Assembly: GCA_964455555.1 (NCBI GenBank)
Contig: CAYVXV010000004.1
Span: 7,771 to 71,770, forward strand
Source of the DNA: an uncultured Pseudomonadales bacterium
GTDB lineage: Bacteria; Patescibacteriota; Microgenomatia; UBA1400; PJMF01
DNA length: 64,000 nucleotides
Direction of reading: 5' to 3'
The notes below the pieces were generated by a model. The model was not told the DNA's origin. It ran no database searches and saw nothing but the letters and a program-made list of their open reading frames with translations. The position numbers and the translations under genes were made by a program. Shown here piece by piece: positions 27,074 through 36,860 of the stretch (position 1 is the stretch's first letter; each line of letters begins with the position of its first letter).

Positions 27074-28276
27074 TTAACTCCCGCTCTTTTTTAATTTAAA
27101 GTACTGGCGCTTGCCCACCCGCACAACCTCAACTTTTTCCAAACTGATTATAGCGTAAGGGTCTGTCGGACGATCCTTTGTTGGAATGAGTTCGACCGCG
27201 CTCTGCTCTACTAACCGCTTGAGCTGGCCATTGCTTGCAGCGGGCAGCAGCAGTTTAAGCAGATCCAGAACCGGAGTATCTCCCGCAGGCACTGAAACAG
27301 TGGGCATTTCTGCAGGCAGCTCATCACCTTGAACAGTTTTTTCAAAATGTTCCTGGGCTAGCCTGGCTGCTTCAGTGGAATGGTACATTTCAGTGATAGT
27401 AAAAGCCAAGCGCTTTTTAAAGTTCATGGGATTTTCACCTGCAGCCATGGCATTTTCAATCTGGGTCACATCTTCGAGGGGTGTGTCTGTAAGCAAAGTA
27501 AAATATTCGGTAATTTGTTCATCCACGATACTCATCAGTTTGCCAAACATCTCTTGTGGCTCATCGATGAGGGCAATGTAATTGTTGAGTGACTTGCTCA
27601 TCTTGCGGCCGTCGGTGCCGTTGATGAGCGGTGTGGTTAGCACCCATTTTTCCCGGTTGTTGTAGCTTTTTTGAAGCTGTCGGCCCATCATCATATTGAA
27701 TGTTTGGTCGGTGCCGCCAATTTCTAAATCTATATCCATCACCACTGAGTCATATCCCTGAAGCAGTGGGTACATTAATTCATGGGCATGAATCGGGCGT
27801 CCGGCAGCCATTCTCTCTTGGAACATGTCGCGCTCTATCAGTTGCTGAACAGTGGCCCGGGACATCAATTGAATCAGGTCGGCAAAACTAAGTGCGTCCA
27901 GCCAGTCGCCATTATGGCGGATTTCGATTTTGTCGAAATCAAGAATTTTGCTGGCTTGCCTTTTCCAATCTTGAAAATTAGCTTCTATTTCCTGATCGGT
28001 CAGTACCGGCCTAGTTTTGTCCTTGCCGGTTGGGTCTCCAATTCTAACCGTGCCGTTGCCGATTAACAGAATCACCTCATGGCCTAGTTCGGTAAATTGC
28101 TGCAGTTTTCGCAGCACTACGCTGTGGCCAAGAGTGAGTAGGGGCCCTGTTGGATCGATGCCCAGATAGACGCGGATTTTTTTCTCTTGCAGCAAATTAG
28201 CCAGTGAAGCAGCGTCCGGAAGCACCTCTGCGACTCCGCGGGTTAAAATATCTGGCAGGTTTGTTTGTTCACTCAT
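27074..28276 (-). CDS. tyrS: Tyrosyl-tRNA synthetase
   Basis: HIGH-class motif (IDPTGPLLTLGH); KMSKS motif; 400 aa with C-terminal S4-like domain. Confidence 0.85.
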   Translation of the reverse strand: MSEQTNLPDILTRGVAEVLPDAASLANLLQEKKIRVYLGIDPTGPLLTLGHSVVLRKLQQFTELGHEVILLIGNGTVRIGDPTGKDKTRPVLTDQEIEANFQDWKRQASKILDFDKIEIRHNGDWLDALSFADLIQLMSRATVQQLIERDMFQERMAAGRPIHAHELMYPLLQGYDSVVMDIDLEIGGTDQTFNMMMGRQLQKSYNNREKWVLTTPLINGTDGRKMSKSLNNYIALIDEPQEMFGKLMSIVDEQITEYFTLLTDTPLEDVTQIENAMAAGENPMNFKKRLAFTITEMYHSTEAARLAQEHFEKTVQGDELPAEMPTVSVPAGDTPVLDLLKLLLPAASNGQLKRLVEQSAVELIPTKDRPTDPYAIISLEKVEVVRVGKRQYFKLKKSGS

Positions 28277-28334
28277 AATTATCCTTTGTGCCCTAATTAG
28301 CTTTTGTTGGCATCAGTTGTAATATGCCAGCAAA

Positions 28335-30332
28335 TTAAACTTCTCCTACAAGCTCTGCTGAAAACTGAGATTCAAGTGCGTTAGCAATTTTTTGCCTAAT
28401 TGGTTTAACCTCATCTGTACTTACAGCCCGCATTGGGTGGCTGTAGGTAATGGTAAAGGTGTAATTTTGCTGATATTTATCCTTAAGAATTACGCTGTCA
28501 ATTGCATCACCCTGAGAACGAATAGCCTCTAGGACTTGGCCGGAATAGGTTTTTTCTGGCAAGGTAAAAGTCATATCTTCGATGACAGGAGCAGATTTTG
28601 GAATCGGCTGCAGGCTTGGGTAGGCAGATGCAACACTGGCTAATTCATCCATAAGAATGTCAATGCCGGTGCGATTGCCGGGAAGTACTGAGATAATTCC
28701 GATTAAGTGCTCTTTTCCTTTTTTGACGGCAAACAACTCTCCTGCCTGAGATCGGTGGTTTTCCAGTGGCCTCACCATGGTATGAGCCAGGTATAGTGTG
28801 TCGAGCATTGCTTCCAAATCTCCCTTTACTTCCCTGTATGGTTTGCTGGAAACCATACCCAGCCTGAGCTCATGCCTTGGCAGGTCATTTTCAACCGGAA
28901 GGTAAGTGTTGGCTATCTCAAAGACAGACAGCTGTTCCACCAAGGGATTGTCATTTAAGAGTTGATTGAGCGAAGGCCAAAGCGACCGCCTGAGATAGAC
29001 ATGGTCCTCGGTTAAGGGGTTTTCCAATTTTAGATGTTTGTCCGGTGAATAACCGGAAGCTTCAGCTAAACTTGCACTGACCACTGAGTAACTGTAAACC
29101 TCCTGCCAGCCGATGTGCGCTAAGAAGTATTTAATCTTGGCTTCCAAAGTAAAATCAACCCCTTCCTGCTTGCTTAGTGGGATTTTGGTGTCCATGAGTG
29201 TGCTTGGCAAATTATGATAACCGTAAATTCGGGCAACCTCCTCGATCAGATCAGCGGGAATTTGCAGATCTGGCCTGAACGTTGGCGGTTGGACATCCAG
29301 GAAATTTTCCCGGCTGCTGACTTGGCAGCCTAGTGACTCTAGAATGGCAGCAATTTTGTTTTGTTCAATTTGAATGCCTAAGTAAGCCTCAATTTTTTCC
29401 AACGGCAAGGAAACCTGGTCCAGCTGACGCTGTCCCGGAAAGTCATCATAAAGAGGGCTGGCTACCTTGGCATTGCAGAGTTCGCGGTACAGCATTACGC
29501 CACGCTGCAGGGTTGGCAAGCCCAAGTGCGGGTCCACATGTTTTTCTTTAAGCTGGGCAGCCACAGTCCTAATTTGATGGGTCATAGAAGCAGTGCGAAT
29601 TTTTTTGGCTGCAATTGAATCTATGAGGAGCAAGACATTGCGGGTGCTGTCATCAATAGAGGTATTTTGGGTTCCTTTTATAGACGGCAGATCAATAATA
29701 TCGCCTTCCTGGTTCTCAAAAACTACTTCCCCACCGATTGTCTCATAGCTAATTCCATCTAGAGTGGTAAAGCTTTTACCAGGCTCGGCTTCCTTAACGA
29801 TAATTTCTCCGCCAAGAGCCATGAGCTTGTCGTAATCAAAAGCGTGAATTGGGTGCCCGGCTTCATGGGTTATATAGTTGGTGATATCGATGGCACTGTC
29901 GTGGATATTCATTTCTACTTGCCTCAAGCGTTTGGCCATCCACTCTGGCGTGGGCGTACGCTCAACATCTCTCAAGACTATTGCCATGACCCGTTCGCAG
30001 AGATCCGGGTTGTTTTCTATCTTGGGAAGCGGAAGCTCTTGGCCCTCGCTTGTATCTAGATCTAGCGGCACAGATTCATAAGCAGCATCCTTTAGCCTGG
30101 CATGAATTCCGAATTGTTCCAAAATCACAGCGGCTTCTCTAGCAGTGCCTCGAACAGACATGCTATCCACTCTATTGGAGGTTATTTCAATGTCGTAGAC
30201 ACTATCCCCTTCCCGTTCGTAGATTCTTTCTACAGAAGGACCAGCTAAAGAGAGGTTCTCCTGAATGATCTTTGGATCAGCATTAGTGTCCAGGTGTTCG
30301 AGAAGCCATGTATGTGGAATTAAAATATTCAT
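28335..30332 (-). CDS. pheT: Phenylalanyl-tRNA synthetase beta subunit (short form)
   Basis: B3/4 and B5 domain similarity; immediately downstream of pheS; 665 aa. Confidence 0.8.
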   Translation of the reverse strand: MNILIPHTWLLEHLDTNADPKIIQENLSLAGPSVERIYEREGDSVYDIEITSNRVDSMSVRGTAREAAVILEQFGIHARLKDAAYESVPLDLDTSEGQELPLPKIENNPDLCERVMAIVLRDVERTPTPEWMAKRLRQVEMNIHDSAIDITNYITHEAGHPIHAFDYDKLMALGGEIIVKEAEPGKSFTTLDGISYETIGGEVVFENQEGDIIDLPSIKGTQNTSIDDSTRNVLLLIDSIAAKKIRTASMTHQIRTVAAQLKEKHVDPHLGLPTLQRGVMLYRELCNAKVASPLYDDFPGQRQLDQVSLPLEKIEAYLGIQIEQNKIAAILESLGCQVSSRENFLDVQPPTFRPDLQIPADLIEEVARIYGYHNLPSTLMDTKIPLSKQEGVDFTLEAKIKYFLAHIGWQEVYSYSVVSASLAEASGYSPDKHLKLENPLTEDHVYLRRSLWPSLNQLLNDNPLVEQLSVFEIANTYLPVENDLPRHELRLGMVSSKPYREVKGDLEAMLDTLYLAHTMVRPLENHRSQAGELFAVKKGKEHLIGIISVLPGNRTGIDILMDELASVASAYPSLQPIPKSAPVIEDMTFTLPEKTYSGQVLEAIRSQGDAIDSVILKDKYQQNYTFTITYSHPMRAVSTDEVKPIRQKIANALESQFSAELVGEV

Positions 30333-30340
30333 AAATTTCC

Positions 30341-31420
30341 TTAGAACTGTTCCAAAAACTTCAGGTCTGTGCTGTAGAGCAGGCGGATGTCGTCCAGATT
30401 CAAGCCTTCTTTGAGTGAATATGTGCGTTCTACCCCCCAGCCAAAGGCAAAACCGGTGTATTCCTCCGGATCTATCCCTCCGGCCTTAAGAACATTTGGA
30501 TGGACCATACCGGCACCACCGACTTCGTGCCAGCCAGATTTGCAGAACCTGCATTTGCGTGGCTCGCCGGTCTCTTCATCAATCTGGCCTTCCAGGAGGC
30601 CGGTGCCGTGGCAGATGTGGCAGGAAAAGTCTACTTCGAAGGAAGGCTCTGTAAACTTGAAATGAAATGGCCGGATCCGGCTCTCGGCATCGGGCCCGTA
30701 GAATTCATGGGCAAAGTAATCGATTGTGCCCTTGAGATGCTGAATGGTTATACCCTTATCCACAACCAAACCTTCAAACTGGTGAAATACTTGGGTATGC
30801 GTTGCATCTTGCTGACGGCGGTATGTGCGGCCGATGTTGATCATCCGGATTGGCGGGCCGCCCAAGCGCTCCATTTCGCGCACTTGCCCATTTGAGGTGT
30901 GAGTAGTCATCACAACCTTGCCTTTTTCAGGATGGGCGGGGGCATCAACGAAAAATGTTTCCCATTCATCCCTGGCGGGGTGGTTTGGGGGCATGTTCAA
31001 GGACTCAAAGACGTACCAGTCCCAATCTACCTCAGGATAGCGGACGCGAGTGAAACCGATTCTTTTAAAGATATCTGTAATTTCTTCAATGGCTTGGGAG
31101 ATGGGATGGACATGTCCCACGCTTGGTTTAATCCCAGGAACTGTCAGGTCAACCCAATCAACGTGTCCCTGAGCCGACTCCAGTTTCTGAGCGATGGTTT
31201 CACCTAACCGGGTTTTGGCAGCATTCAAAATCCTGCCGGCCTCTGGCCGTGACTCTGCATCGAGATCACCAAGAACCACTGCCAGCGAGTTAAACAAGCC
31301 CTTTTTACCCAGGTATTTAGTTGCCAGTTCACTGGCCGGCAGAGATTGGTCATTCTCAAACTGCTGCTGCAGCTCATTAATCTTGGCTTCTAGTTCGGGT
31401 ATGGTCATAACAGTCATCAT
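30341..31420 (-). CDS. pheS: Phenylalanyl-tRNA synthetase alpha subunit with an inserted Cys4 zinc-ribbon-like segment
   Basis: Class II motifs (FHQFEGLVVD; GFAFGWGVER); CHICHG...CRFC insertion before the GMVHPNVL segment. Confidence 0.9.
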   Translation of the reverse strand: MMTVMTIPELEAKINELQQQFENDQSLPASELATKYLGKKGLFNSLAVVLGDLDAESRPEAGRILNAAKTRLGETIAQKLESAQGHVDWVDLTVPGIKPSVGHVHPISQAIEEITDIFKRIGFTRVRYPEVDWDWYVFESLNMPPNHPARDEWETFFVDAPAHPEKGKVVMTTHTSNGQVREMERLGGPPIRMINIGRTYRRQQDATHTQVFHQFEGLVVDKGITIQHLKGTIDYFAHEFYGPDAESRIRPFHFKFTEPSFEVDFSCHICHGTGLLEGQIDEETGEPRKCRFCKSGWHEVGGAGMVHPNVLKAGGIDPEEYTGFAFGWGVERTYSLKEGLNLDDIRLLYSTDLKFLEQF

Positions 31421-31445
31421 TATATCCTAACAACCCAGCATTCTG

Positions 31446-31757
31446 CTATTGGCCCATTGATGTTTTGTCAGCTCTCAATCCTTTGGCTTTGCGCTCTTGG
31501 ATTTCGCGCCTTCTCTCCGCTGGGGTCATCTTAGCCACCCTCTCCCGCTCTGCAGCATCGGCTTCAGCGTAAAGCTCTTCGATAGTTTTCTTTTCAGGCC
31601 TTTCTGGGAGCAGTCCGTACATTGTCCTAGTCCCGTAATGCCTTGCCAGTTCCATGGCTACTGACGCTTCCAACAAAGAGCTTGTAGGTTGCTCTTCTTC
31701 TGCCCTTAGCCCCAGTGCCTCCTTTGAGTGCTTGTTCATACTGCCTTTCTGTGCCAT
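31446..31757 (-). CDS. Hypothetical small charged protein (first gene of the pheS-pheT-tyrS transcription unit; real start possibly Met7 at 31739)
   Basis: 103 aa; Arg/Glu/Lys-rich; the first ATG has no SD, whereas the Met7 ATG has AAAGG 5 nt upstream. Confidence 0.4.
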   Translation of the reverse strand: MAQKGSMNKHSKEALGLRAEEEQPTSSLLEASVAMELARHYGTRTMYGLLPERPEKKTIEELYAEADAAERERVAKMTPAERRREIQERKAKGLRADKTSMGQ

Positions 31758-31764
31758 CCGGCAC

Positions 31765-31788
31765 TAAAAAAGCTCCCGGTGGGGAGCT
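31765..31788 (-). promoter_or_regulatory. Terminator-like hairpin plus T-tract in the 5' leader of the aaRS operon (candidate attenuator)
   Basis: Perfect inverted repeat AGCTCCC-ggtg-GGGAGCT followed on the minus strand by TTTTTT, 9-27 nt upstream of the first gene's start; upstream GGGGAGC could form an alternative pairing. Confidence 0.45.
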
Positions 31789-31894
31789 TGTTCATTACTA
31801 TTTAATGTTCAACGCGATTACCGCTCCCCTCCTAGATTGGGATTAATAAAATAGAAGTTGGTAAAACAGTAAACGCTGTTTAACATGTCAAAAA

Positions 31895-31922
31895 ATTATA
31901 GCCGATGAAAAAAATGATGCAA
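31895..31922 (-). promoter_or_regulatory. Candidate sigma70-type promoter for the aaRS operon (minus strand)
   Basis: Minus-strand TTGCAT (31917-31922), 16-nt spacer, TATAAT (31895-31900). Confidence 0.4.
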
Positions 31923-32058
31923 GTACAAATATTTTGCTGGTTTTGCATCTGCAAAAGTATTATACTCGATACATGTGCGCTCTGGACAGAAATGCACTAA
32001 AATACTAGAATAAACGCTCTTTCTGTTCCTGTTCAGGTAACTAAAGACTGCCTAATAT

Positions 32059-35058
32059 ATGCGCAACAACGAAAACCAGGATATACTGGGTAATGCTACT
32101 GACCCTGCTTATGAACCGGAACCGAAGCGGGCGGTTAGCCGGTTGATCTCTGAGACCGATGACTCAGCAGCCCGTGAAACCTCCGTGAAAACAAAGTTTT
32201 CACAAGGATTTCATAAAGTAACAACCCTGGTAGTAACAACAAAACTTCCTTTATTTAATAAAAATCTTAAAGAATTATTTCCTGAACTTGCACAAAAGAT
32301 TGAAAGAAGCCAACAAATGCTTAGAAGAAAAAGAGCTCGCTCTCGCAGGCTGTCAGCTGCCGAACTAGAACATAAGCGCCTGAGGACAATTAAACTAATC
32401 CGCTATGGATCTATGGCTGCTGCCATAGGTGCTGTAGCTATGGTCTTCGTATTTTTTGGAGCCTTTGCTTGGTATTCCAGAGAGCTGCCGAAGCCTGGTG
32501 AGGTAGTTAGAAAGCAAGGTTTCAGCACTCAGATTTTCGACCGGGAAGGTGTGTTGCTCTTTGACATTTATGACGAGGAGCGCCGCAATCCGGTCGGTAT
32601 CGACCAAGTTCCTGAACACCTTAAGCAAGCCACTATAGCTACTGAGGACAAAGATTTCTATAAACATGAGGGTTTTGACTTCATGACTGTAATCAGAATC
32701 CCCTACAATGTGATTTTCCGCCAGCGAGTCGTCGGGGGATCTACACTCACCCAGCAATTGGTGAAAAATGCCCTTTTAACCAATGAGAGGAGCATAGAGC
32801 GCAAGTTTAAAGAGCTGGTCCTCTCCCTGCAAATTGAGCGGAGCTTCAGCAAAGATGAGATTTTAAACATGTACCTCAATGAAGCCCCATATGGTGGTAC
32901 TGCTTGGGGCATTGGCACTGCCTCTGAAGTTTACTTTAATAAACCTGTGGCTGATTTAGACCTAGTTGAGTCGGCAATTTTGGCCGGCTTGCCCCAGCGC
33001 CCGACCGCCTACTCCCCATATGTGGGCAGGACTGATGCAGATGGGACTCCGCTTTGGAAAGTCCGCACCCGCGGTGTGCTTAGGAGGATGCATGAGGATG
33101 GTTATATTACTGACTTAGCATATGAAGATGCTTTAGGAGGCCTGGATAATGTTGAATTTGATCAGGCGCCGCTGACTATTAAAGCGCCCCATTTTGTTTT
33201 TTACGTCAAAGACCAACTCTCAGAAATGTTTGGTGAAGAGGTAGTAGAGACCGGCGGTTTTAAGGTCACTACATCCTTGGACTGGGAGATACAGGAGGCT
33301 GCCCAGCAGATAGTTGCAGAGGAGGTTGAATCAGTTGAAGAACGCTTCCACATAACCAATGGAGCTGCCCTGGTTATGGACCCCAATAATGGTGAAATTT
33401 TGAGCATGGTGGGCAGCCGAAACTATAATAATTCGGACATTGGCGGCCAGTATAATATTACTGTAGATGCCTTGCGCCAACCCGGTTCGGCTATTAAGCC
33501 TGTGACATACTTGGGTTTATTGCAGCGCGGATATACGCCATCAAGTTTAATTGTTGATGTGCCGACAACTTTTCAGCGAAATCCCAATGACAGGCCTTAT
33601 GACCCCAAAAACTATGACGGCACTTTCCGCGGCCCGGTTAATGTTAGGAACAGCTTGGGGAGTTCGCTAAATATTCCGGCTGTTAAAGCGCTGGCCACAG
33701 TCGGTGTAGACAATTTCCTTAAACTGGCTTATGACATGGGTTTGGAGACATTAGAACCGACTGCAGCCAACAAGCAGCGGTTTGGCTTGGCTGTGACGCT
33801 TGGAGGTGCAGAGGTCCGGATGATTAATTTGGTTACCGCCTATTCTGCTTTTGCCAACGAGGGGAAAAAAGTTGAGCCGGTGCCTATTCTAAAAGTTGAA
33901 GACAAGGATGGCAGGGTTGTTTTTGAACACCGCCATGTGGAAGGCCGCCAAGTCATCAAGCCTGAAGAGGCTTTTTTAATCAGCAACATTTTGTCGGACA
34001 ACAATGCCAGGCTGATGGCCTTTGGAGCCAACTCACTATTGAATACCGGCAGACCGATAGCAGTGAAAACAGGAACGACCAACGAAATGAAAGACAACTG
34101 GGCGATAGGTTGGAGCCGCGAGGTCGTAGTCGGTGCTTGGGTTGGCAACAATGACAATACCGCGATGAGAGCAGTTGCTTCCGGTGTTTCCGGTGCCACA
34201 CCTATCTGGCGCAGGGTTATTTTGATGGCTTTGGAGAAAGGTTATGGTGCGCCTGCTTGGGAGGTTCCCAGCAATGTTGAGCAGGTCGAAGTAGACCAAA
34301 TTTCCGGCTACCCAGCCCACAGTGGGTTTGGTTCAAGGGTTGATTATGCTATCAAAAATACCTTGCCTACAGGAGAAGATACTATTCATCAGTTGGTAAA
34401 GGTTTGTAGGGGCGATGACCGAAAGCTAGCCACCGACGCCGATGTCCGACGCGGCAACTACGAAGAAAAGGAGTATATCCGCTTACAGGAAAATGACCCT
34501 TATAGCGAAGACGGGGTCAACCGTTGGCAACTGGCTATCGATGCTTGGATCCAGAACATTGATGATGGCAAGTACCGGTATCCCACCGAATATTGCGGCG
34601 ATGCTGATGAAGTATATGTGACGATTAGCGAGCCGAGAAATGAGACTAATTTTGAAGGCGAAGATATCCGGGTAAAAATTGAAGCTGACCACCGTGAAGG
34701 CATCGAAAAAATTGAGCTTTATGTAAACGGCAGCAAGAGGGAAACTGTTGAAGGCAGGATATTTGACAGTAGAATCAACCTGCCCCGCGGCCAGTACACC
34801 CTAAAGGCTATTGCTTACCCCAGGAATGGTGAAAAGAAGGAAAGTTCTGAGCGGCGCATCGGCACCGGCGGGATGACTTGGAATGAAACCAAAACCTATT
34901 CCTGCAATTCAGAATGCGACAACAGCTCCCAGTGTAAGACTGCCAATCCTGCCTATGTCTGCTACAACAGCCGCTGCCGACTGGAAGCCAATAAATCTTC
35001 TGAAAGCTGTCAGCTGCTGCCGACGCCTACACCATCTCCAACTCCCGACCCCGATTAA
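32059..35058 (+). CDS. Class A penicillin-binding protein (PBP1A: glycosyltransferase GT51 plus transpeptidase) with N-terminal cytoplasmic and Cys-rich C-terminal extensions
   Basis: GT51 motifs EDKDFYKHEGFD and GGSTLTQQLVKN; transpeptidase SAIKP (SxxK), SLN (SxN), KTGTT; one TM helix. Confidence 0.85.
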   Translation: MRNNENQDILGNATDPAYEPEPKRAVSRLISETDDSAARETSVKTKFSQGFHKVTTLVVTTKLPLFNKNLKELFPELAQKIERSQQMLRRKRARSRRLSAAELEHKRLRTIKLIRYGSMAAAIGAVAMVFVFFGAFAWYSRELPKPGEVVRKQGFSTQIFDREGVLLFDIYDEERRNPVGIDQVPEHLKQATIATEDKDFYKHEGFDFMTVIRIPYNVIFRQRVVGGSTLTQQLVKNALLTNERSIERKFKELVLSLQIERSFSKDEILNMYLNEAPYGGTAWGIGTASEVYFNKPVADLDLVESAILAGLPQRPTAYSPYVGRTDADGTPLWKVRTRGVLRRMHEDGYITDLAYEDALGGLDNVEFDQAPLTIKAPHFVFYVKDQLSEMFGEEVVETGGFKVTTSLDWEIQEAAQQIVAEEVESVEERFHITNGAALVMDPNNGEILSMVGSRNYNNSDIGGQYNITVDALRQPGSAIKPVTYLGLLQRGYTPSSLIVDVPTTFQRNPNDRPYDPKNYDGTFRGPVNVRNSLGSSLNIPAVKALATVGVDNFLKLAYDMGLETLEPTAANKQRFGLAVTLGGAEVRMINLVTAYSAFANEGKKVEPVPILKVEDKDGRVVFEHRHVEGRQVIKPEEAFLISNILSDNNARLMAFGANSLLNTGRPIAVKTGTTNEMKDNWAIGWSREVVVGAWVGNNDNTAMRAVASGVSGATPIWRRVILMALEKGYGAPAWEVPSNVEQVEVDQISGYPAHSGFGSRVDYAIKNTLPTGEDTIHQLVKVCRGDDRKLATDADVRRGNYEEKEYIRLQENDPYSEDGVNRWQLAIDAWIQNIDDGKYRYPTEYCGDADEVYVTISEPRNETNFEGEDIRVKIEADHREGIEKIELYVNGSKRETVEGRIFDSRINLPRGQYTLKAIAYPRNGEKKESSERRIGTGGMTWNETKTYSCNSECDNSSQCKTANPAYVCYNSRCRLEANKSSESCQLLPTPTPSPTPDPD

Positions 35059-35081
35059 CCTCAAGCAGTTTTATTTTGTGT

Positions 35082-36413
35082 CTAATGTGTTTTTTGGTGG
35101 GTTAAAAATATCCCAAGAAATAACGCAGAGAGCAGTATCCCAGCTGACTGGCTAAGCAGATAGTGATCTAATGCAATCACCGGAGAAAGGATGGCCAGCG
35201 CTGCCAAGAATGAAAACATATATTTTGTTTTTTGAATCAGCTTCAGTGCAGAGGCAATAAGCGCGAGTCCAACAATGCCTGTTTCCGCCAGCCAGAGCAA
35301 GACAGCATGATGAGCCGGCTGTACAAATCTAACAACTTCTCTTGCCGGCGCGTAGGTTTCGAGCTGAGCAGTAAATTGATTCAACCCCACACCAAGCAGC
35401 GGAAAGTTAGAGAACAATTTAAGCGCAGCTGCAGAGAGGTAATTGCGCCTGATGATTGATGGATGTCCGGCAGCAGATTCGGCTGCAAGAAGCAGGATTG
35501 GGACTCCAATTATTATCAGCAGGGTGAAGCCGGCTAGTGCCTTTGAAGAAAGATTTTTTGCTTGCGGAAGAAAAATAAAGATCAGCCCGATTAAGAACAT
35601 AAGCCATGCACTAACTGAGAATGTCAGCAGTAAGGTTGGCACACCTAATAAAAAGGCAGCAATAATCAGCCAGTTAATTCTGCCGAGTAGTTTTTCTCTG
35701 CTGATTAAAAGCAGCAACAGGAGATAGCCGGCAATAATGCCCCCAAGCAGATTGGGGTGGGCGGTGGTTCCGTATGGTAGGACCATCTCTGCTCCTGAAA
35801 GTACAACTTTGGACAATCCAAGACTGGCTCCAAGTTGAGGTTCCCCTAACAAAAGATAGCCGAAGACTGAGCGCTGGTTGAGAAACTGGAAGAGCCCGGC
35901 TGCCGATTGGAAAAGCACGGTAATAGCTAGGGCGCTTGCAAATATTTTTTCAAACCCGCGCCCCTGCTCTGCTCTTTTTAGAAGATACCAAAAAAATATT
36001 CCGGCGGCGGCCAGTTTGAAAATATACCAGCTGTTGTTGAGCCCCGAAGCAGTGAAAATGAGCGAGTAAAGAGCGATTTCTAGTGCGGTTGTGAATGATA
36101 TTGCGGCAAGAACAGAGACTTGGAGGTTTGCCAGGATTTCGTGATGGGCTTTTTTTGCTTTTTTCAGGTTTAGATTGGGGGAGATCAATAACAGCCACCA
36201 GACTAGAAGTGCTGTTAAAGCCAGATCCACAAGATAGATTTTTGGCAGCAGGTAGTCGCTCAGCAGACCGTTGATATATCCTGGTTCAACAGCCAAGACA
36301 AAAAATAAGTTGGTGGGGATTAAGAAAATGATTAAAGTCAGCAGCAGCTGTTCAACACGCTTCATGAGGCTATCATACCGCAAAAATCCCCCCGCTTGGC
36401 GGGGGGATTTCAA
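35082..36413 (-). CDS. Polytopic membrane protein, O-antigen-ligase (Wzy_C)-like
   Basis: About 12 TM helices; 443 aa; loop architecture reminiscent of O-antigen ligase family; weak call. Confidence 0.35.
   Translation of the reverse strand: MKSPRQAGGFLRYDSLMKRVEQLLLTLIIFLIPTNLFFVLAVEPGYINGLLSDYLLPKIYLVDLALTALLVWWLLLISPNLNLKKAKKAHHEILANLQVSVLAAISFTTALEIALYSLIFTASGLNNSWYIFKLAAAGIFFWYLLKRAEQGRGFEKIFASALAITVLFQSAAGLFQFLNQRSVFGYLLLGEPQLGASLGLSKVVLSGAEMVLPYGTTAHPNLLGGIIAGYLLLLLLISREKLLGRINWLIIAAFLLGVPTLLLTFSVSAWLMFLIGLIFIFLPQAKNLSSKALAGFTLLIIIGVPILLLAAESAAGHPSIIRRNYLSAAALKLFSNFPLLGVGLNQFTAQLETYAPAREVVRFVQPAHHAVLLWLAETGIVGLALIASALKLIQKTKYMFSFLAALAILSPVIALDHYLLSQSAGILLSALFLGIFLTHQKTH
36380..36406 (-). 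terminator. Rho-independent terminator of the infC-rpmI-rplT operon (bidirectional)
   Basis: Minus strand CCCCCCGCcaaGCGGGGGG followed by ATTTTTG; 27 nt after the rplT stop. Confidence 0.8.
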
Positions 36414-36432
36414 ATTCTTTTTCGAAAAACGC

Positions 36433-36786
36433 TTAGTTTTTAACTTTGTTCACAATGGCTTTGAAATCATCAAAGTTGTGGATTGCCAGTTCTGAAAGCA
36501 TCTTGCGGTTAAGCTCAACGTTGGCCTTCTTAAGGTCGTTGATGAAGGTTGAGTAGTTGTAAGTCGGATCAACCTCTTTAACAGCAGCGCTGATGCGGGT
36601 TACCCAAAGTTTGCGGAAGTCGCGTTTTCTGAGTTTTCGCCCGATGTAAGCGTACTGGCCTGCGTGCAGGACTGCTTCTTTGGCTCTCTTGTAGAGCCTG
36701 TTGTTAGTGCCCCGGTAGCCCTTAGCGAGCTTGAGGACTTTTTTGTGCCTTGCGTGCCTGGTTGTACCAGTTTTTGTTCTTGGCAT
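36433..36786 (-). CDS. rplT: 50S ribosomal protein bL20
   Basis: MPRTKTGTTRHARHKKVLKLAKGYRG. Confidence 0.9.
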   Translation of the reverse strand: MPRTKTGTTRHARHKKVLKLAKGYRGTNNRLYKRAKEAVLHAGQYAYIGRKLRKRDFRKLWVTRISAAVKEVDPTYNYSTFINDLKKANVELNRKMLSELAIHNFDDFKAIVNKVKN

Positions 36787-36860
36787 ACTACTTTCTTTCG
36801 CCAGCGGCTATTCGCCGGAGGCCGGCAGCTCAAGCTGCCTGTTACTTTTACTAAAACAAA

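Noticed and set aside
31791-31860. Canonical T-box sequence in the aaRS leader
   Set aside because: I looked for AGGGUGGNACCGCG on the minus strand and found only a loose resemblance (TAGGAGGGGAGCGGTAATCGCG). I therefore report the region as a generic attenuator candidate rather than a T-box.
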